A stretch of 64,000 bases of DNA, taken from Gracilinanus agilis. Taxonomy: Eukaryota. The notes under the pieces are model-generated. The model searched no databases. It worked only from the letters and a program-made list of their open reading frames with translations, and was not told where the DNA came from. The DNA lies in NCBI RefSeq assembly GCF_016433145.1, contig NC_058130.1:679760621-679824620 (forward strand), given 5' to 3'. A program made the translations under genes and the position numbers. Position 1 is the stretch's first letter. Each line of letters opens with the position of its first letter. This document shows, piece after piece, positions 1 to 12,799 of the stretch.

Positions 1-203
1 AGGGGGCGGCGCCGACAGGGGAGGGAGGAAGAAGAGGGGGGTTGGGGAGGGCAGGCGGCGTGCGCTCGCTGGGCAGCGGTGAGGAAGGCGCTAGGGGCTG
101 GAGGGGGTGAGTAGAGCAGGCGGCGGGGCGGAGAGTTGGGGGTGCTGCAGGGCAGGGGGGAGGGGAAAGCGGAAAAAAAATCCCGTCACGAAAAGAAACT
201 CAC

Positions 204-460
204 CCGCAGCCCGAGAGCCTCCCGGGCTCGGCTTTGCCCCGCTCCTCTCGCCTCCCCCCCGGAGCGGCAGCAGCAGAGGAGGAGGAGGTGGTGGCGACTC
301 CTCTGCGGCGCTAGGGGGAGCCCCGGGCCGGAAGCGGGGGAAGCGGCGACCGCCCGCACCGGGAGCCCTCCGCACCTGCCCCAGTGGCGGAGCCGCGACG
401 AGATAGGCAGCGGCGGCGAAGGCGGAGGCGGCGGCAACGACTGCTACGACTGGAGAGGGC
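204..460 (-). other. Probable first (5'UTR) exon of an unidentified gene transcribed leftwards
   Basis: Minus-strand donor GCTGCGG|GTGAGT (plus actcac, 198-203). No minus-strand ATG in 204-460. Pyrimidine-rich initiator-like sequence near 445-460, with promoter motifs upstream at 468-636. TSS position is an estimate. Confidence 0.6.
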
Positions 461-467
461 AAGTGAC

Positions 468-636
468 CCGGATGTACAGGGGAAGGGGGAGGGAAGGGGG
501 AATGCCAGGAAGTGAGGGCGCCGAGGACCTGTCCGGCCGTGCGCATGCGCCGCGCCCCACAAGGTAAATTGTCCGCCTGCTTCTTCTCCGCCTCCCTTCC
601 TCTCCCCTCCCCTCTAGAAAAGGGGCGGGGCGGGGC
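468..636. promoter_or_regulatory. Core promoter motifs: ETS, NRF1, triple GC box
   Basis: ccggatgt 468-475 (ETS-type), tgcgcatgcgcc 540-551 (NRF1 palindrome), ggggcggggcggggc 622-636 (Sp/KLF). Confidence 0.75.
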
Positions 637-965
637 GATTGCCGGAGACAGGTGGTCGGGCTGAGCAAGCGCTAGGCTAGAGAGGAGAGGCCAGCACTGA
701 GTAGGGAAGGAGGGTCCTCCCTCAGCTTCCTCGGTCCCCCCTCCTCTTCTTAAAGGAGCAGCAGGGTAACACACTCCCACCCAAGTGAAGGGGAAAAGTT
801 TCACGCATCCTCCACTCCCTCCCTCTCAGGACACAGGCCTCCAAACTGGGCATCTGCTCTGGTGCATGCACCTTACATAAGAAAGAGAGCTCCAGAAGGT
901 CAGGGACTTTGTTCCGGCCTTTTTTGTGTGTAGCCTGGCACACACTAGGTATTTAATAAACGCTC

Positions 966-1128
966 TTTTTTTTAACTCTTACCTTCCATCTTAGAATCAG
1001 TACTGTGTATTGGTTCCAAAGTAGAAGACTGGTACGGGCCAGTTGATTGGTGTTAAGTGACTTGCCCAGGGAGGTCTTACTTGAACTCAGGACCTTCAGG
1101 CTCCTGACCTGGCTCTCTTTCCACTGCT
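966..1128 (-). mobile_element. Opossum-type SINE (SINE1_Mdo-like), internally deleted
   Basis: cttaccttccatcttagaatcagtactgtgtattggttcc...aagtgacttgcccaggg signature. Confidence 0.85.
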
Positions 1129-1492
1129 TTTTGACGGACACTTCTTGGCACAATTCAACTTGAATATTTAAGTGCTAAGTGCATGCAGAGCATATGCAAT
1201 TAATAAACAAGCATTTAAGTACCCAGTATATGCCAGGCACTTTGTGATAAGAATTGAAGATAAAAATTTTTGAAATGAAACGGGCCCTGCATTCAAGGAG
1301 TTTGCATTCCAAGGGAAACACATGTATTATATATAAGCATATACAAAATGAATATAAACTCATGGAGAAGAGCATGGGCTGCATGCAGTATGGGCCCAAG
1401 AAAGGTTTCACATGAAATAATAATTTGTTCAGTCATGTCCTACTATTTGTGTCACTTCGGAATGATAACTCATCCTTAAACAATACATTATA

Positions 1493-1735
1493 ACTAAGTG
1501 GCACAGTGGATAGAGTGCTAGGCCTGGTGACAGGAAGACTCATCTTCCTGAGATAAAATCTGGCCTCACACACTTAACTAACTGTGTGACCCTGGGCAAG
1601 TCACTTCACCTTGTTTGCCTCAGTTTCCTCCTTTATAAAAAGAGCTGAAGAAGGAAATGGCAAACCATTTCAGTATCTTTGCCAAGAAAACCCCAAACAG
1701 GTTCAGAAAGAGTCAGACAACTGAACCACAACAAA
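1493..1735 (+). mobile_element. CORE-SINE with BovB/RTE-like tail (Mar1-like)
   Basis: tRNA-like head, CORE (ctgtgtgaccctgggcaagtcactt), tail gaaggaaatggcaaaccatttcagtatctttgccaagaaaacccc. Confidence 0.85.
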
Positions 1736-2290
1736 AGATGTTAAGTTTTGCAAAGTGATTTGATGTTATTTCATTTGTTCCTTCAGTCTATTCTGTAGAA
1801 AGTCCTTGAGCTGAATTTTGAGTGGAACAAGGGACTTGAAAGTACAGAAAAAAAGTTTGAATTTCTGCCCTCATGAAGCTTTCAGTCTATCAAAGGATTT
1901 GATAATGTACACAACTAGATAACCAAAGAATATAAAGGAATACAATTCCATAGGACTCACAAAGAAAACATGGTACTCAAATCCTGATAGAGAGAATTCA
2001 GTGCTGGATGTAAATTATCTTTTTGGTCATGACCAATGTGGGAATTTGTTTGGTTTTATTATACATATTTATTACAGAGATTTTGTTTCTCTTGCTTTCT
2101 CACTGTGGGAAGGAGGTAGAAGTAGAGAATAAAGATTTTCTGGAAAATAAAATTGAATTTTTTTAAAGTACATCAGAGAGCTATTACCACATGAAGTCCA
2201 AGAGGGAAACATCACTATCAATTTGAGTAAAGTAGAAAAGATTTCACAGAGGACAGAGCATTTAAGTCAGTTTTTAAAATATGAGTTAAA

Positions 2291-2470
2291 GGGGGACAGC
2301 TGGGTAAGAGAGCCAGGCCTAGGATCTGGTCTCAGACACTTCCTATGTGACCCTGGACAAGTCACTTAACTCTCATTGCCTAGCCCTTACTGCTCTTCTG
2401 CCTTGGAGCCAATACAGAGTATTGATTCTAGGACAGAAGGGAAGGTTTTTTTTTTAAATAAAAATAAAAA
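2291..2470 (+). mobile_element. Opossum-type SINE
   Basis: gggggacagctggg head, ctagcccttactgctcttctgccttggagccaatac body, A-rich tail. Confidence 0.85.
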
Positions 2471-2499
2471 ATACATATATATAATATGAGTTAAAAATT

Positions 2500-2830
2500 C
2501 AGTAGGCATAGAGGATGATGGAAAAATCCAAGGCATTTGAGCAAAATCTCAAGGCAGGAAAGGGTGAGGTGTCTGGAGCATATGTTAAGTAGAAAAAAAT
2601 AGCCTGAAATACCACAGGAGACTTGAATGGGAGAAGAGTAGGGCTAGATGGTGGAGAGCCTTGAGTGCCAGGCAAAGAAATTTGAACCTTATTGTATGTA
2701 TAATACAAACCTACTGAAGGATTCTGAGCAGAGGAATAAACATAACCAGATTTATACACAGGAGAATTTATGAAGTGGCATTAAAAAGAGTTTGGAGGAG
2801 GAAGAGAATGGAATTCCCAGGTAAGGAAAG
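2500..2830 (-). mobile_element. L2 fragment
   Basis: Purine-rich degenerate sequence typical of antisense L2 ORF2/3' region (gagccttgagtgccaggcaaagaaatttg). Confidence 0.6.
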
Positions 2831-3018
2831 ACAATAAAATGTCTTCTTTATTTTCTATAGAGGAGGAGTTTTTTGTTTGTTTGTTTCCCAATCTCTCAGC
2901 CCAGAAAATAGAGACTATAATCATGATGTATTAATTAATCTTAAAGCATCCTCTATTCTGGAACATAGTAGATCCTTAATAAATGTTTCTGACTTCACTT
3001 TCTACTCCAGCTCACTTT

Positions 3019-3781
3019 ATGAGGTATGATCCCCTTTCTCCGAAATCCATCAGAAAGGGCAGCCTAATCAGCTGATTGAAAGATAGAAGCACTACTATCT
3101 CCCCTCTTTAATAGATAGTCAGACACTAGAAGCCCTCAAGGAGATGCCCCATCCAACAGAGGTCATCAGTTAGAGAAAGTTGGAGGCACACTTGAGGAAG
3201 CAGGGACACACATTCATGGTAGACAGAGCTATAGAAACGCAATCACTCATCTGAGATACAGCTCAAAAGAGAAAGAAGCTTTGCAGCAAAAAAAGAGAGT
3301 CAGCTCTCAGTTGAGAATTGAGCTGTGAAGAGTGGGAGCCCAATTGAGAAAACTGCCCAGCCAAGATGTTTTACTCAAGGGGAGCTTCATGAGGTCCCTA
3401 CAAAGAGAAAAAAGGCTTCCAGGACTCCTGTAGTACCAGAAGATGTACTTTGCCTTTGCTAAGCACACATCCTCCCTATGTGCCTCATTGCTATCGTTCT
3501 ATAAGTTGGGGCTCATTCTTCCCATTGAGACTATGTACATAAACATGGGGGTGAGAGGGAGAGAATGTTTTCTAGCCATGGTTTTTACTCTGTCATTTTA
3601 ATAAATATCTTTGCTAAAAGGCAATCATGTTTACTGATAGATTTTTTTTTACTGGTGCGAAGGGGAAATCACAGTGTAAGGAATACAGCCCCCCAAATTG
3701 CTCCTAAGCCCCCGAGGAGCGGTTACTCTCAGGGGACCCAGCCCACAAGTACAAGTTAGAAAAGTAGGCCAGAGATTTACA
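3019..3781 (+). mobile_element. Possible old solo LTR
   Basis: Unique-looking ~760 bp block with AATAAA near 3600 and ending ...gatttaca. Left end and TSD not resolved. Confidence 0.35.
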
Positions 3782-5804
3782 TTTGCATGGTACCTTAGGC
3801 AGAAGTGTTCAGATCGCTTTGAGATGTTTCATCTTGTTCAGGGAAAGTCCTTAACAAACTGGGAAACGGGCAAAGAACCTCCAAATCCTTGGCACTCCCA
3901 ATTTTTCCACTCTATACCAGACCTTCCCTACTTTCTCCCAACTATAACCTGACAACTGCAGATTTCTCCTCCAACCCCACTACCAAAAGTTGCCCTGCCA
4001 TAGATCACTGACAGCTTGAAGTGTCCCTCCCTGGAAAGTTTCCATTTTGATATCAAAGCCTTAAGTTTAAGGGTTATAGCTCTGTCTGAGGAAAGTCAGG
4101 AAGGATATTGAGTCACATCATTCACCAAGGCCCCACCAATGGAAGGGAAGCCTTCAGGTCATCCTTTTGAGATGAGAAAGGTTAACATCAGGCTATATGT
4201 GTTCAGCACAACAGAAATTTAGAACCTGAAGCCCCCCAAATTTAGGTGGTTTACACACAAATGCTGTGGCAGGGCTCCACAGACCATTTCCTTTCCATTT
4301 TAATTGTCATAACTCTTCTGGGGATGTGCAGCACGTCATCTTTATCAATCTCCATCAATTTAAAATGTACAGGTGGTCCTGCCCTCACTTTTTTTTTTTT
4401 TACATAGTGACGGCACTAAAAATTTCCTTAAAAGAATTTGGGGCCCAGAGGTCAGTTGATATAATATCTAAAATGTTTACAACCCCGCAGCTCTTAACTC
4501 TAGCCAGAAAGCAGACACTTATAGATAGATACTATCCCTGGATTCAGAATCTGAAGAATTGGAAGGATTCTTAAGGATCATCCAGTCCACTCAATGAGAT
4601 GGTCATCCAACCACCTTCTTCACCATCTCACCACCTCCAAATAACAAGGAAGCTATGCAATTGCTGGGCAGCTCTTCTTAGGAGATCCTTCATGTGTAAC
4701 TGAAATATACCTATAAGTTCCACCCACTGGCTCTAGAAATATAGAAGATAGCTAGAGACATAGATATTTATATTCATATATGTATTTATATATACATATA
4801 TACATATACCTTTTCTTCTATGTAACAACTTTGCAAATACTTAAAGGCAGCATTTCTGTCTCAACTCATTCTCCAAATCCAATATCACTCTATCCTTAGC
4901 CAAACTTTGACAATGTGAACTACAGGTCATTTTTCTACCCATTCCTCCCCTTCACCACAACCCCATCCCCTCTTGTAGGCTGAGTCTAGAACATTAGAGC
5001 CCTGAGGTCAACTGAATATGCCATTCCAAGTCCATTTTTTATCTATCCCCCCAATATCTAGCTCTTAACTACCATGACAACTATATTGTCTTCCCTTATC
5101 TCAAACCCTTATAGATGAAGAAAATGGGACCCAAAAGATATTCATCTAAAGTTTTATTGATTTATCTAAAGTCCCACAGCTTGTAAATGGTGAAACCTAC
5201 CTTAGAAAATGGGTTTCGTGATTCACTTTTTTGTCCATTGCACAATCTAGTACCAATTCAAGACCTGCCTGTAGGAGTCAATACTCAATAAATACTTACT
5301 GAAGGAACAAAAACCTAGAAAACACCAAACCACAGTCAGTTCTTATAAACTAATGACCAAGAGGCCTGCAATGCCAAGCAATTCAATAGCTAGTATTGGA
5401 GATAATAATAACTGACATTTATGTAGCACTTTATAGGTATCACCCCATTTGCTTACAACAGCAATTCTGTGAAGTAAAAGAGAAATTATTAACCTCATTT
5501 TACAGATGAGAAAACATTAGCTAGGAGAAATTAAATACTAAGCAGATTAGAGTACTAAGCATTTGAATCCTGCAATGTTCTCCCACTTTTACTTGTTGCA
5601 GGCTAGACATTTAAAAAAAGAGGAAAAAGCTAGAACACAAATAGAATCCTAAGAAAAAACTAATGCTTCCCTTCAAGAGACACCACCCTGTTGTGAAACA
5701 TTAATTGATCTTTTTCTTCCTTCCCTTCAATCATAAAGTCCTCTTTATCTCACATTTCCCTAGAATTATAAAAATCTATCCATTTGCCTCCCTCACAGAT
5801 GGGA

Positions 5805-5935
5805 GTTTCTCTTCTCTTCTTCCTTTCTCTTTCTTTCTCCTTTGTCTCTTTTCTCTCTTCTGTCTCCTTTCTCTTCCTCTCTTTTTTCTCTTCTTTCTGT
5901 TCTTCTCTGTCTCTGTCTCACTCTCTCCCCTCTCA
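5805..5935. repeat. TC-rich low-complexity tract
   Basis: Polypyrimidine (CT/CTT/CTCT) run; explains several chance ORFs. Confidence 0.9.
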
Positions 5936-6659
5936 CATATTTGCAAGTCTAGTATCACTATCTTCACAAAGCAAAATGGAAAAGTATGTTAACAATAAAG
6001 GCACTTTTTTTCCCAAGTGGTAAACAGGTAGGCCATTTTAACATAACTCTTCTTCATTTCAGTAAATATGTAGTAAGCAGCTATTATATGCCAGGTGCTA
6101 GGGACACAGAGCCTCTACCACCTCCTACCACCGTGGCATCAAGTGAACTTATGAGATTCCCCAGCATTTAAAAGGGCAAATATAAAGGTAAGAAAAGGAC
6201 AGGATATTAACAAACTGAGGATGATGGCTCAGACAGGCAATATGTTTTTTATACAGATGACCAAAATCAAGGACCTATTTTTCTCACTTATATTGTAATC
6301 CTGTAATTATTGACATTTATAGAACACTTTAAAGTTTGCAAAGTACTTTACTTGCATTTTCTTCTGTGATCTTTACAACAACCTTATGGGGTTGGTCTTA
6401 CAAATATTATTATCCCCATTGTACAAAAGAGAAAAAAGTTACAGAGAGTATTGGTCACACAACTAATAAGTATCACAGATAAGGAGTCAAAATACAGGCC
6501 TTCTTATCCATAAATACCAATTACTTAAGAAGCAACATATTGGGTATTGATAAATCCAGTATTAGAGGTAGCAAAACCTGGGTTTAAGTTTTGCCTTTAA
6601 TAATAAGTAGATGTCCCTGGGAAGTCACACCCTCTCAGTGCCCCCAACCAATTCTAAAA

Positions 6660-7040
6660 CTATAATTTTTTTAAATATAACTTTTAAGTATAGAAAAAAT
6701 CATTTTTTCTCTCTCTGGCACTTCACCATTAGAAGAAAATAATAGAAATAAAACCAAAACTTCTGTTATTGATATACATAGTCAAGCAAAACAATTGGCT
6801 ATGTCTAAAAAATATGTTGCATTTGCACTCTGAGTCACTCACCTCTCTGTCAGGAGCTGGGTAGCATGCTTTATCATCAATCCTCTGGAAATGTGATTGG
6901 TTATTGTATTTATCAGTTTTAAGTCTTTCAAAGTTCGATTGCCCTTATTATTATAATTGTATATATCATTCTCCTAGTTCTGCTCACTTCACTTTGCATC
7001 AGTTCTTATAAATCTTCATAGGTTTCTTAGAAACCTTCCT
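6660..7040 (-). mobile_element. Old marsupial L1 3' fragment
   Basis: tcattctcctagttctgctcacttcactttgcatcagttc is the antisense end of L1 ORF2, preceded by antisense 3'UTR. Confidence 0.75.
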
Positions 7041-9209
7041 TTTCATTACAGACTGTAATTTACAGAAAAGGTGCATAGGGACAGAGAGTTTTTGCTCCAA
7101 AACCTTCTTAAACTGATGATTACTATTACAGACCCACTCAAAAACATTTTATCATGAAAAAAAGATCCATTTTTTCCCGTATTCACTTCTTTCATCATCC
7201 ACCTCAATCACCCAGAAGGGATCAGAATCCCCAAATATTAGAATTGGAAGAGTTCTCAGAAATCATTGAATCCAACCTTTAATAATAAAATAATAATATC
7301 TTGTATTTTATATAGTTCTTTAATGTTTGCAAAGTGCTTTACAGATAGTATTATGGTTTATTCTCATCCTCACAACATCCATGGAGTTAAATGCTATTAT
7401 CATCCCCATTTTGTTACAGCTGAGGGTCATACAACTAGATTTGAACTTCAATCAGAGAAGAAATGACAAACCACTCCAGTATCTTTGCCAAGAAAACCCC
7501 AAATGGGGTCACAGAGTCCCACACAACTGAAACAACTAAATAACAAGATCTTCCTGGTTCTAAATCTAACACTCTGTCCACTATGCTATCCAGGTAGCTG
7601 TCAAACAAGGGGTCATCCAGATTGCTGAAAAGGTAGCCTCCTTCCACTGTTAGATAGTTTCCTTACATTAATTAATTTACTCTTTGTCCTCAGGAGCCAC
7701 ACAGAGTAAATCCATCCCTTCATTAACAAATTAATGATGGCCCATATTTTTGTAATATTTTAAAGTTTATAAAGTGTTTTTTTTTACAACCACCCTGGGA
7801 GGTTGAGAAATTCCTGTTAGAAACATTATCCCCATTTTAGAGTTATAAAAACAGAGGCTAAGGGAGAGAAAATGAACTGCCCCAGGTTATCCAGCCTTGA
7901 AATTAATCTGGCTTTCCTGGATTTCACAGAGTCTATCTCTTTCCATTATGCTACCTGATAGCCCTTCAGATGTTTATAGATAAATGTTGTTTATAACATT
8001 TGTTTACAAATAAATTGTGAGGAAAGAAGGGCTTCATAGACTTTAAATCACTGGTTAATAAGAACTATTAAATGATATCATCATCAACAACAACAACAAT
8101 AGCATATCCCCCCCACCCCTGGAGCCTTTTCCAGGCTGAACATCCCCAGTTCCTTCAAATGACTGTAGAAGAAGTATAATTCTACTGATATTTTAAGCAA
8201 TTTGCCTTAAAAAAATATTTTTCTAAAGAGGCTGCCTACTTGCAAAAAAATCTAACTAGACACATGATAGAGCCTCCTTTTTAAGGAGGAAATAAAAAGA
8301 AATAAAATATATTTCTACTTATTGTATGACTAATGACACAATGGATTAGAAATCTTGCGTTTATCTCTATGGCCAAACCTTCCATAAAGAAAGTCTCTGG
8401 TACTATCTGCTTTGATAGGGTCAGGCAGCATTAAGAGAATCTTCAAAGATATGTCAGGGAAATTGCTTCCCAAATCAATAAGTCAACAAGCAGCTAAGTG
8501 CTTACTATGTGCCAGGCACTGTGCTAAGCAATGGGGGTACAAATACATGCAAAAAAGACAGTCCTGCCCTCAAGAGGAGCTGATGTTCTAAAGGGAGGAA
8601 GATACCCTTTAAAAGGGGAAGTTGTAAAAGGAAGGGAGGGAGGTGCCCAAGCACAAAGGGCAAGTAAGTTCTGTCTGAAAAAAGAGGGATAGTCAGCCTG
8701 AGACCTTCTCCAAAATAGAGGGGGAAAAAAATAATTTCTTAAGAAGCCTTTGCTTATCTTCACACTCCTTCCACCACACCCTTCCCCCATATATATATAG
8801 TCCTTTAATGCACTTATCATGTAATATTATATATTATAACACTCTTTATTTATAAATTATCACCTTCCTAGACTGTGAGGTCTATGAGTTTAGAAAGGAT
8901 AACTTGCGTACATTTTGTATCTCCCTCAATTCCCAAAATAGTACTCTATATGCAGAATGCTCTTAATAAATGTTTTTGGCCTGAAGTTATGAAAATATAT
9001 CATGATACAGAAAGCAACCCTGAAATGAGATTCAGATAAAGAAAAGTCAAGTATCATCCATTAAACCACTTCCAAGTTGATAGGATATTTTCTTATTATA
9101 AGCATTTGATGTTTTTATGAATGAGAAACCTAGAGATGGGATGATGCCCCTGGGGCACTTGTAATTCCACACAACAGAATTAATCCCTGTTTTTCTGAAG
9201 TATTTCTAT

Positions 9210-9520
9210 TTTTTTACTCAAAGATATTTTATTTTCCCAATTACATGTAATAATTTTTAACGTTTTCCAAAATTATAAGATCCAAATGGTCTTGTTCCCT
9301 CCCTTCCCTCCTCTCTCTTGGAGATAGTGAGCAATTTAATCTGGGTTATACATTTTTATCATGCAAAACATCCTTCCATATTGGTCACTGTTGTAAGATA
9401 GCACTCATATAAAACCAAAGCCCCAAAATAAAACCATAAATAAACTAATGTTTAAGATAGTATGCTTTTATTTGCATCTGATTTCTGGAGTATTTCTAGT
9501 TGAAAAGGCTCTCTTCCTCC
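9210..9520 (-). mobile_element. Old marsupial L1 3'UTR fragment
   Basis: T-rich antisense tail, then ccaattacatgtaa...catgcaaaacatccttccatattggtc. Confidence 0.65.
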
Positions 9521-10079
9521 TTGACCTTCTCTTAGCATATGTCTGGACCTCTCCTTTGCCCTTAGTTCATATTTGCTTATATCATAATTATTTGGGTACA
9601 TGCCTTTTCTCCCTATTAGACCATGAGCAAAGACTTTAGAACAGGGTCTGCTCCATCTAGAATAGGACCTAATACAAAATAAACATTTAATAAATATCTG
9701 TTGAGGTACAGTAGAATTGAGAGGGAACCACAAATGCTTAGGACATATAATATGCCCTTGATATCTGAATTAACTAATCAATATGTCAGTTCAAAAATTC
9801 ACTAAGTGCCTACTATGTTTTTGATCCTGAAAAGTATATGCCAGTAAGTATAAAACTTCTATCAAGGAGTTTCCAATCTACCTAGAGAGTCAGGAAAAAA
9901 TAACTACAGTACAAAACACACACAGTAAGTGTACCACTCTCTGAAGAGGGGACAATTCTGACTGAGGACATTAACAAAGATCTCTCAGAAGTAGTGTTTA
10001 GGGAGAAAGGCAACTTGAAATGATTAAGTCTTAGCTTTTCAGTGATTTCAAATTTGACTAGTTGAAAGAGACTTCATGG

Positions 10080-10640
10080 TTAAAGTCCTAGAATATTGCA
10101 AACCCTATTAAAGGAACTAATAATCACTCAGAGGAATTTTACCTAATAGTCCACACAAGGAAAATGAAATCAATGAAACACACCTTGGGTCAAGACATAA
10201 TATGCAGTTGTAGAAATAAAAAATCATTTGTCCAATAGTATTAATATCTTGGATAGATAAGGCAAATGGCAGCAATTACCTAAAAAACACTGGAAAGGCT
10301 TGGTAAGTATATGCAGACTGATCCACATTATCATCAAGGAATTTCACTGGAAAACCAATGTAAATGACACTGAGAAATGTGGTCAAAATAGATGGGCCAA
10401 TCATGTAGCAAGATCAAAGAATAACTGACAAACAATATATTTGTTCCACTGGTATTCTTGTGATGCCAAGAGAAATCTAAGGAGGGCCCCAGCACATTAG
10501 GCTGACACTTTTTAATAAAACCTTGGGAGGACCTTGTTCAAGAATCACCAGCCTGGTCAAGTATAAATGTGTTATGAATGTGTTATGATCTGCATCCCTA
10601 AAGGGCATGCCCACATTGTTGAACTCACGGATCCTTTGGA
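10080..10640 (+). mobile_element. RTE-clade LINE 3' fragment
   Basis: From 10390 translates RWANHVARSKNN*QTIYLFHWYSCDAKRNLRRAPAH, a decayed RTE C-terminal RWAGHVAR...W.PR..KR.RGRP..RW motif; ends in an RTE-type tail (gatctgcatc...cacggatcc). Confidence 0.75.
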
Positions 10641-11684
10641 ATATTGGGTTAAGGAGGAACTTGTTAGACATAACAGTCAGGGCAAGTCTAAGAGTCTCCA
10701 GTTTCTTATTGAGACCAATAAAGGAATTTATTGTATAAGAAAAAGACTATTTTTTTCTAAAAGGAGAACCAGGGGACTAAAGTGGTCAAAATTAAGAAGA
10801 AGCTGGACTGGTTTCACTTGTTTGTCTCTCAATTTTGGATCCTGATTTCATGTTAGAACACGTGATTTTAAGGAGTGTGTATGTCTGCCCTGGCTTTTCC
10901 TGAATAAGGAAGGGGCTCTATCAGGCAGGACTGCTGGCTTCCTCTAGCACTGGGCCTGTCTCAGCAAGGCAGTGCCAAAACTTGTACCCTGCTCTCCAGC
11001 TTTACATGCTTGCCCCCTTGATATACCTAGTCATCCATAAGTGATTTAAGCAAGATGGAGCTAATAATCCAAGGATTTATTATTTCTACTTCTCTTCTTA
11101 CAAGTCATAATAAAATCTGCTTCAATTCATGAATCTGCAATTTGCTCATATAGAAATTCTTCAAAATCAGGAGCTATTGTCAACATGTTGGAAATTTTGT
11201 GGACAACAAGATGGGTTTGAGAATCAAGCTCCTAAAATGGAAAGCCATTTTAGATAGTCATTCCTTACAGCCTCTCTATAGAATGTAAGCTTTTCAAGGG
11301 CAGAGACTAATCAAAGAACTCAGCCTAGTATAATCTGTGAGCACTTCACAAATGTTTCTGGATACCTGACAGAACCATATATAGCCATAAAAAAAAATTC
11401 AAAATGCACAGCAATATGGGGTTATTTAGCAAAGACAAAGAACCCAACATATCTCAAAATAGGCCCCTATAGCTTCACTCAATCATTTACTTAGAAAATG
11501 ATCACAGTGCTTTTCTCTTTCCCAGACTTTCATCATATTACCCCCATACACACACATAGACCTTAAATGCCACCTCCTCCAGGAGCCTTACTAGATCTTT
11601 GGCCAATACTTCCTCATCATGGCCTATTCATCTTTGGACGGCACATAACATCTTGCTTTGATTCTTCTATACGATTGCTTTATC

Positions 11685-11872
11685 TTTTTTTTTTTTAACC
11701 TTTGTACTTCGGTGTATTGTCTCATAGGTGGAAGATTGGTAAGGGTGGGCAATGGGGGTCAAGTGACTTGCCCAGGGTCACACAGCTGGGAAGTGGCTGA
11801 GGCCGGGTTTGAACCTAGGACCTCCTGTCTCTAGGCCTGGCTCTCACTCCACTGAGCTACCCAGCTGCCCCC
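11685..11872 (-). mobile_element. Young opossum-type SINE with TSD
   Basis: Clean copy with poly-T tail; TSD acgattgctttatctt (11671-11686) / acaattgccttatctt (11873-11888). Confidence 0.92.
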
Positions 11873-11905
11873 ACAATTGCCTTATCTTGACAAGATAGTC
11901 CATAC

Positions 11906-12196
11906 CCCTAAGCCATGTGGACCAGCATCTGCAGGTTCTGTCCATGTATTTCAAGGCTAATCGTACTCCACAACCAAATTACTTTGAGAATCTCTGCTAT
12001 AGATGTCATCCATTCAGTAATATTCCTGAAAGAGACAGGACAAGTTGGTTCTGCCAACAAGCTGGACCTAAACCAGTATTCCAAGTCCTTGGACGAATCC
12101 TGCCAAACTAGAGGGTGAGGAAAGAATGTGGCCAGAAGGCTTCTACTCCTGATGAGGCCAGAAATGTCAGACTGACCCCTACAGAACTGGGGTCCT
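11906..12196 (-). other. Candidate exon(s) in unique sequence
   Basis: Acceptors tctcttatttctatcag|AGG (12197/12196) and ttgtcctgtctctttcag|GAA (near 12025); donor TAGGG|GTATGG (11906/11905); stop-free frame 12279-11908. No recognisable protein. Confidence 0.2.
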
Positions 12197-12576
12197 CTGA
12201 TAGAAATAAGAGATATGGAGGTTAGGGACCAGAGGCTGAAGGTTGCATGAGGCTCATAAGTAGAGAGCAGGACCTGGAATCAGAAATCAAGAAGCAAAGA
12301 CATATGTGGGATTGAGGCTGGGGGATTTGACACATGAACACTGAGAGGGTCTGCATTCCAAACAGAGTTCACATGATTTGCAGCCCTGAGTTCCTTGGCT
12401 ACAAGCCTGTTTTTATGCACTTTATATCATATTGATACTTTTTGAACAGAGTTGTTTGCATTTGTCCCCTACTCCTACCTCAATTAGACTTCAAACTCTT
12501 CAAGAACAGGGTCTGGTTTTACTTTACTTGCACACACAGGCTTACCACATAATAGATGCTTAAAGAATGCTTTTGG

Positions 12577-12770
12577 GGTACAGCTGGGTGGCTCAGTGGA
12601 TAGAGAGCCAGGCCTAGAGATGGGAGGTCCTGAGTTCAAATCTGGTCTCAGACCCATGCTAGCTGTGTGACCCTGGGGAAGTCACAATCCCCATTGCCTA
12701 GCCCTTACTGCTCTTCTGCCTTAGAACCACACAATATTGATTCTAAGATAGAAGGTAAGGGCTTAAAAAA
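12577..12770 (+). mobile_element. Opossum-type SINE
   Basis: ggggtacagctgggtggctcagtggatagagagccaggcctagag...gaaggtaagggctt. Confidence 0.9.
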
Positions 12771-12799
12771 TGTTTGTCAATTTGATGTACTTTTATATA

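Larger units (their letters stand above)
1..740. promoter_or_regulatory. CpG island / housekeeping-type promoter
   Basis: Very GC- and CpG-rich compared with the CpG-depleted rest of the window; GGC/GAG/CAG runs; composition drops abruptly after ~740. Confidence 0.92.

Noticed and set aside
101-112. Plus-strand donor GG|GTGAGT suggesting a plus-strand gene with the window as intron 1
   Set aside because: Promoter motif placement (468-636) and the minus donor at 204 fit a leftward gene better, and I found no downstream plus-strand coding exons. Not fully excluded.
91-804. 237-aa and overlapping ORFs in the CpG island
   Set aside because: Stop-poor GC-rich sequence opens all frames; low-complexity P/G/A/R content; the 237-aa ORF runs through the putative donor; no recognisable domain.
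5705-6023. Hydrophobic F/L/S-rich and K/R/E-rich ORFs
   Set aside because: Translations of the TC-rich low-complexity tract.
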